A DNA stretch of 58,988 bases, the filler included, from Dugesia japonica (lineage: Eukaryota): the NCBI GenBank assembly GCA_001938525.1. It is 6 parts of 6 records of this genome, joined end to end, with 100 filler letters (N's around TTAATTAATTAA, not from the genome) between each part and the next. Parts side by side here need not be neighbours in the genome. Positions count along the whole stretch, not along the records: positions 48,948 to 58,988 come from MQRL01574783.1; 5 more parts are not named here. One strand, 5' to 3'. The first letter of the stretch is position 1. Each line of letters begins with the position of its first letter. The position numbers and the translations under genes are program-made. Below, in pieces: positions 51,531-58,988 of the stretch. The notes beneath the pieces were generated by a model. It was given only the letters and a program-made list of their open reading frames with translations. It made no database searches and had not been told where the DNA came from.

Positions 51531-54500
51531 CTAGAATGATAGATAAAATCGATAGTTTATATTAAAAAAAAAAACAACTATATAATCATTATAAATAATT
51601 AAATATCACTTAAAATCTTCTTGAAAATAAACGAAAAAAAAATCTTCAATTTCTTCATAAATCGTAACATCCAAATTAATTAACAAATCATAAGTACGAA
51701 TAACGGAAACCACAAAAAATTCTCGGATTTTGTTATTCAGAAAAAAAGAACAAAAAATCATTTGTAATAGTCATACACACAAATTCTTATAATTATAAAC
51801 GATGACGAATAATAAATGAAAAGTTGAAAATAATAAACTTTAAAATATAAAGTATAAATATGAAATTAAAAAATAATTTGTATAAATAATATTATTTCAA
51901 CTATATTGATTAATATATAAATTTAATAAATCAAAAATTTCATAAAATATTATTTTAAAAAAAACACTATAATTAACTAACCGAGTTTTTTTTTGTTCGG
52001 TACAGATGATACAATGAAAATGAGGTTGATAGTTAAAATTTTGAGCATTATATACTCATCACAGAGATGAGTGAGAAAAAACGGACATCAACACACCAAC
52101 TGAAAAACAGTACATAAATGAAACGAACACACAATCACTAGGAGAATAATAGAGATTTTTCCACACCTGAAGTAGTATATTATACATAGAATCAGCTCAG
52201 AAATCTAATGTTTCTATCAAGTCATGTTGAGTATACCTAAAACAGAACAGTATAAAATTTAAACACACATCGATAACACAACGACAAACTGAAGTACAAT
52301 ATCGACTTTGGAAAAAGACAGAGGAAAGGAGAAGAATCACAGCTAAAAAAATTAACAAAACGACAACTTTTAGCACACTGTGAATTGTTTTCAACGAACT
52401 GACTCATGAAAACAATAGAACAATTGCATCGATGAATATATGTCGAACTAAAAAACGTCAATGTTAAGAAATTTCTCCATATCTCTCTCAATACCAATAT
52501 GTTTGTCTAATCGAACCTACTTTGTCGTGCTTCATTTAATAAAGCGCATTTTCTTCAACTTTCTCATTACTGAAAAACTGTTAGAGCGACTACTACTACT
52601 AGTACTGTCAAGTTTTATGTTACCAATAGCAACTCAATATTTATACAGTACTCTTTCAATTGCTTCTCTCTTCTCTCAAGTAAACTCATTGAAAAAAATG
52701 CAGACAATTCAATGTTCCATTTTCTATCCAATCATCATTTGCTAGTACATTTCTATTAGTTTTAATATGCGCTTTTACCAGAGCTCCTCTTAATTATATC
52801 GATAGATGGGAAGAAAAGAATTTGAAAAAAACGCAAAGTTTCAAACAACGCTCTAATAAATGTAGCTTTTAATTTTATTTCATAACAAAAAAAAAACTAT
52901 GTTGTTATAGTTTAGTTAAGGTGTCGAGTAATTGATTAATAAGGCAGAAAATTACTGCTCATTGACATTGAAATCGATAATACTAAGTCAATTTTTTAAT
53001 TAAATTCCTTAATTTCTTTAAGGATTGTTATCTCACTCCCTTTTTGCCAATATTAATGATGATTAAATCTCCAGTTTACAAAATAAGAGTTTCTACACTA
53101 TTCTTAAGACAGATTTTTAATTGGTTAATCAAAACCAACTGCAGTATTTATTAACCGGTATTAACTTGAAAATAAAATCAATTAAAAATAATCCCAATAA
53201 AAGATTAATTTTTAAAATAAGAAATATTTTTAATTTTGTAAATGATAATAATAATAATAATAATAATTCTCAAAGTCAATTTTCTTTCTTTCGATAGTAT
53301 CATAAATTTAATTAATTAAATAAAGATTAGTTTTCTCTTTTAAACATAGACCGATTTGTTTACTTGAAATAACTATCAGTAATACGTAAAACTATTTTAT
53401 TTAATTCTTTTCTGAAAATGGCGCCAAAATTCTGGAAATTTAAATAACAATGAAAATTTAGGGTTATTTCATTGTGGTTAATAAGCTACTTTCCTTTTTA
53501 ACTTTTAAGTACCTTTCTTAAATTTAAAATATCAAATCAATTTTAATAATGAATTTAATTATATATATATATGTGTGTGTGTGTGTGTTTAATTAAAAAA
53601 TTTAGTAAAATGAAATATGCGATTAATAAATCCATTATAACACAATATTTTCTTTTTCATTACATAATATACGATACAATTAATTGACTAATAATTGAAA
53701 ACTAATTTACACTCCGCAGATTGATTCAAAGATTTTTTACGAAACTTTAAATTTTATGTTCTAGTAATGCTACTCTATTTACTATTTACTGCTATAATTA
53801 TCCACCCATTAGGAAATTAATTAACAATTAATTTTCGTACAAAGAAAACAACATGAAATTTCTATGATGTATGTGATAACAAATCTATTATATATTTATT
53901 TATCATAACAAAGGTGAATTGCAAAATAAATATATTGATACTAAAAGTCTCTACGTGTCACGCACAAATAACTTAGAAATACCAATTAAGTAGCATTTTA
54001 TAATAAACAATTGTTATCATATTTATAAACAATAATAAATATTTATTTTTACGAAATATAAAAACAATGATGGATAATCGATAAGCTTTCAATGCAAAGT
54101 AGAAATAAGTTCTGCGAAAAATCTATCCACTGGAGATCTATGAATCATAAATCGCTTGCCACTTCGGATTTACGACTAAGATACTTTTATTTTAAATATT
54201 TCTATTAGTTTTTTAGGATTTGTAGAGATTTCATTCAAAAATGTATATNNNNNNNNNNNNNNNNNNGTGTGTGTGTTATCCAAAACTACTATTTACAATT
54301 ATTATATTATTTTGTATATATGTCAGAGATCCAAAATTTTTCTCAACAGTAGCAGTCAATATATTAAAATTATTAAATCTAATTTTGTGGTAAAGTTTTA
54401 AAAAGAACCATATGTGAACATTTTAGAATTCATTATCTGTCAACATATTCGCATTTTTAATATATCGTATAAAAACTATTTATCCAAAAAACAATTTTAT

Positions 54501-55347
54501 AAAAATATTTTATATTTTGCAAAATCTTCTCAGCTTCTATACTGAATTGAAAACATATAACAAGTTTCCTTTATGGTATCCGATACTAACTAATTTCTTT
54601 TTAGTAAAGGGAATTCAGTATTTCAATAAAAGTATGTATTTATGATTATTGAATTAGAATCGTGGAAACAATGCCACTGATTAATAATGATGAATCAATA
54701 GAATTTAACTGATTATGTGAAATTAAATTAGAAAATGCTTATTCAAATATGGAAAAAAAAACCAACAAATAAAATGAAAAGTTATTGATATTTATCGAAA
54801 TTCCTGTTGTAAATGTTTTTAGCAATAAATTGAATCTAAAAAAATTCTCTGAAACAATATTTTTGCAAATGAATTTCCTGGAATAATACATTAATCAGGA
54901 CATTCATTTAAAAATGACAGTAATGCGAACATCTTCCGCATTAGACTCATAATGACAATCATAAAATTGATAGTTTCATGTGATAAATCGATTTGGATAT
55001 GAAATCGGTTGCCATGTAATGCAGAGTTATTTAGTTTAAATAAGACGAATGTAAAATGTTTGCTTAAACATGAAACTATGTTAAGCAACAGTTTTTTGTN
55101 AGATAAATAATTTTCTTCATGAAGCTAAGACTAAAATCTATGAATCAGAGAGCGCTAAACATCCTTGGCTGTAGAAGCTCGAAGATTTATTTAAACGTAA
55201 GTTAGTTAAGTTAATTTTTAAAGGCAACCCCGACGAAATTTTAATTTATTTCGCTGTTTATAATAATATTGTATTTGTATAAAAATTGTGTTTAATTAAT
55301 TGAATAGGTAAGCGTAACTTTAAATCCATGTTTTTAGACGTAATAAC

Positions 55348-55930
55348 ATGAAGCCTTGTAAGGTTTATGAGATCCTTCATAAAGCATNNNNNNNNNNNNN
55401 NNNNNGAGTTATTCAAATTAGAAGACTAATGAGACAATTTCGTACTGGAGAAAGACAAACATTTCAGCGCCAGAAAGGAAGTAGAAGAATAAAAGACGAG
55501 GAACGTTTACTTAACATTGATGACGATGGAAAAGAAGTACATTATCATTATTGCTATTTCACAAAGGGGATACCATTACTTTGAAATATTAGAACGGAAT
55601 TAAACTATCAATGCTGAGAGATATATCCAATTTCTTCACAAAGGACATCATAGTTTCCTCCCACAAAATATGTATCTTATGCATGACAACGCTCGATAAC
55701 ATATTGATCACGATACTATTGAATTCTTAGACTCTAAAAACGTAAAACTTTTTCATCAACCTACCAATTCACCAGATATAAATATTTGTGAAAATTATCT
55801 TTTAACAAAGACTGCGGAGAAGTCGTACAGATTTTAAATATATTGATGAAGTAAGAATATTTCTAAATAGGTAAAGCATTGGATGAATCTATTGAAACAA
55901 TGAAGAAAATTATTGACGCTGGTTATTAAA
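55348..55930 (+). mobile_element. Tc1/mariner transposase remnant
   Basis: QIRRLMRQFRTG..RQKGSRR, TINAERYIQFL, LMHDNAR*H and EFLDSKNVKLFHQPTNSPDINICE. Confidence 0.8.
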
Positions 55931-57319
55931 GCTTATACTTATTAATGTATAAAAAACATTTTACAGCGATTATGTTTTTATAATACAGATTTAAAGTTAT
56001 TTTTATTTTTTGAATACATTTAATTGAAAATATTTAAAAATTTTTAAAACGATCACGTTTTTCGATATAGCCTATATTTCTAGAAATATCTTCAAATAAA
56101 ATTACCTAATTCACTCAAATTTATTCTCTTTTATTGTTTCTGTGATCATTTTTAACATATTTTAAAACGTTTCTTCGGTTTGTATTCTCAATAAAACATA
56201 AAATTTTGTTGCATTTAGTATTTGTATAAAATTTCCGGTATTATTTCAGAAAGCAAAAAAAATCTTTAACTTAACTGTTCGATTACAAATTACTATTCTA
56301 AATTTTAATATTTCTCTAAATTTTTCGTAAATACAAACTAGTTCATGCCATTGAAAATTGAATTTCTTAAATATTTCATGAGCAATAAATTTTTTCAATT
56401 AATAATTCATAATGCTGTAATCGCAGAAAATGAATCGAGATCGAAATAGTCTGCAACATTCGTTACTTAATTTGAAATCCATATGTTTTCTAATTCAATT
56501 GAAGAACCGAGAGAAATATGTTGTAATTTATGAATTATTTTTATCTTATTTCTTGATTTATTGTAATATGAGAAGTTATTGATTTTTCCATAATTAAAAG
56601 TATTTCTTTATTAAAAAAATGGCCGTGGAAGCTGTTTTATTAAAACAAAGAATTTAAAACTAAAAAGTCAGATTATTGCCAACATATTTAAATTATGCAT
56701 ATAAGAAAATTTTTTAAGTATATTAAACTTTTGATTTTTAAATTTTTTTAATTTGTGAAATAATATAGGTTATATCGTAAAATATAGCGTTTTTAATTTC
56801 AGATATTTTTGTTTTCTATATGTTTTCTATATATATATAAACACTAAAACTTTCATTATTTTATCTTGTATTTATCTAATTCAAGGTTTAATTTGAATAA
56901 AAATAAAATCTNTTTGAACTTTTTTTATTTGTTTTAGATGGTAATATAAACATTCATAGAAGCCACATAAGATCGGTGAGTTTTTTTTTATTGAAACTTT
57001 ACACAGATGCGAGTATAAAGTGACGTATTTGAAAAGTAAAAATGTTCGATTCTTGAAACATCTGTCTTTTTCTGTAATATGTGTGGCAGATATCTTTGTC
57101 CACGATTAGAGACAATAAGAAAGACTTTAAGAAAACATTGAAACATTTTTGAATCATCAATTATCTCTGTTTACCACAAAAAGAATGAAAGTTGATATGA
57201 TTCATATTGTTAACAGTCGTGGAAATTATTTATAGTATTATTATTTCTTTAGATTTTATTCACATTCAACCTGTAATTCTGATTGCTAATAATGCCGTTT
57301 TTTCCAGTATAGCTCTTAT

Positions 57320-57515
57320 TATTAAAATAAAAGCTTCGATCAAAATTTTTCTTTTTTTGATTTTTCATAATAATTCTATATATTGACTTTCAGTTCCTGA
57401 CGAATACAAAGTCAAAATATAGAATTATTATCAAATACCAAAAAAAACAAATTTTGATAGAAGCTTTTATTTTAATCAATGGTTACGTCCAATAATTATT
57501 TTCGCAATAATTCTA
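57320..57515 (+). repeat. PLE pLTR-like repeat with inverted arms and hammerhead core (57392-57426)
   Basis: aaaataaaagcttcgatcaaa ... tttgatagaagcttttatttt arms; CUGACGA AUAC AAA GUC AAAA UAUA GAAUU; conserved tail. Confidence 0.75.
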
Positions 57516-57996
57516 ATAGCTTATATTAATTAAATAATTTATAATTTCTGGAATAATTTTAAATTTTTCTGCGAGTTAGATTTATTAAAATAATACTCTA
57601 TTTTAAATTGAAAATTTGAAGAATGATAATTTATGTTTTCAATAATTAACCATTAATCTGTATTTATCAAATAAAATTTTCGAAATACAATGATCAAAAT
57701 TGTGTTTTTTTTACTCTATTTTCATAGATTTTTCAAAATTTCGACTAAATCTTCATCAGAAATTATTTTTTTACAGCAAAATAAGAAAAAAATCAATTTT
57801 GAATTATCTTTTAATTTGAATGATAATATGTTCAAATGATGCAAATTAAAAAGAATGTCTTTTTTTAAAATAAAACTGAGTTTAATTGAAAATGTTTCCA
57901 TTGAAACCATACTGTCTTTGAATGTTTGTCTTAATGAAGTACTAAATACAATTTGATTGTATTAATGTGGAAAATATTAAAAAAAATTCCTAAATA

Positions 57997-58445
57997 CAGT
58001 ATTCGCTTTATATAAGCAAAATTATGTATAACAATTCATATTCTTTAATTATATGAACTGAACATCTACAGTCCAAAAAATACCTGTTAGGNNNNNNNNN
58101 NNNNNNNNNNNNNNNNNNNNNNNNNNNNNNNNNNNNNNNNNNNNNNNNNNNNNNNNNNNNNNNNNNNNNNNNNNNNNNNTATTACAACCACTGGACTGTG
58201 ATCAAATCACTGAAACATCGCTAATAAATCGAATTTAGTACATTGTCTGAAGATAATAGCATTCCACTAGCTCCATTATACAATTCAGTCTTCGGAGGTA
58301 GTACTTGTAGCGAAAATGAAATCATGGAATGGATATATGAGTCTTAATTCGACTGAAAAATTTTTTTAAAAAACTTGCTTATATAGAAAAATTTTGAATT
58401 TTTAAAAGTAGATCCAGTCAAGTTGCTTATATAGGGCGGTTACCA
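57997..58445 (+). mobile_element. pogo/Tigger non-autonomous derivative
   Basis: Imperfect TIRs CAGTATTCGCTTTATATAAGCAA / TTGCTTATATAGGGCGGTTAC, with an internal LQPLD..VIKSLK DDE_1 fragment. Confidence 0.7.
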
Positions 58446-58988
58446 TCTTAGATTGAATGAAAAAATATATCATTATGCTTAAGTGATTCACTGTGAAATG
58501 ATCCTTAAAGTGCTCCTTATTTAAAAAATACAAATATACCAAAAAACTGTATTTNNNNNNNNNNNNNNNNNNNNNNNNNNNNNNNNNNNNNNNNNNNNNN
58601 NNNNNNNNNNNNNNNNATCAAGTTAAAATGGTTACAGCGAACTAGAAATAGTTAAAAACAGATTAAATTTAAAATTTTGTACAAAAGCTTTAGAGATTAT
58701 TAAGAGATTCAAGAAATAAAAATTAATATTCAGATTAGTTATTCGAAGTCTTGAATATTTTGTGAAATTTTTAAATGACTGCAAAATTGTAAGAAATAAC
58801 AAAATTTATGTAGAACTTGTACAGTTTTAAAATTTTGCCTGAAGATGACAGCTAATATGTACTAAATAATTATTTTTTTTTAAAAAAACATGCAATTTTT
58901 TGATTTTCTCAAAGGAGAAAATTATTTATTAATATTATTATAATTTTATCTTTGTAAAACCGAAATTATAATTATAAAATGAAGGGAA

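Noticed and set aside
52000-52745. Overlapping Cys/Phe-rich ORFs upstream of the GPR158-like exons
   Set aside because: The composition reflects strand-biased intronic or UTR-like DNA, with no family motifs and no convincing in-phase exon.

Overview
This is very AT-rich, intron-containing animal DNA. The short ~50-bp intron, (TAA)n tracts and transposon spectrum suggest a planarian-like flatworm (inference). The window is not one locus. It joins six ~9-11 kb scaffolds with artificial 100-bp linkers (44N-TTAATTAATTAA-44N at 8386, 19734, 28691, 39376 and 48848). Three host genes are supported: a 22-ShKT-domain protein (21056-24386, -), two in-phase exons of an UNC-5-like Ig receptor (33326-37002, +) and the last two exons of a GPR158/179-ectodomain-like protein that stops without a 7TM (50881-51530, -). 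The remainder is mostly decayed mobile DNA. It includes Penelope-like elements, a dispersed repeat carrying a minimal type I hammerhead ribozyme, a Polinton/Maverick pPolB remnant, mariner/Tc1, pogo/Tigger and hAT MITEs, Gypsy fragments, and a complete 1.28-kb mini-LTR element with TSD, PBS and PPT. The most unusual region is 9.3-19.7 kb, a nest of related Gypsy-type LTR sequences. Their upstream (U3-like) regions carry three diverged copies of an apparently spliced, unrecognised accessory gene plus antisense ORFs. The downstream gag is followed by a ubiquitin-like domain.
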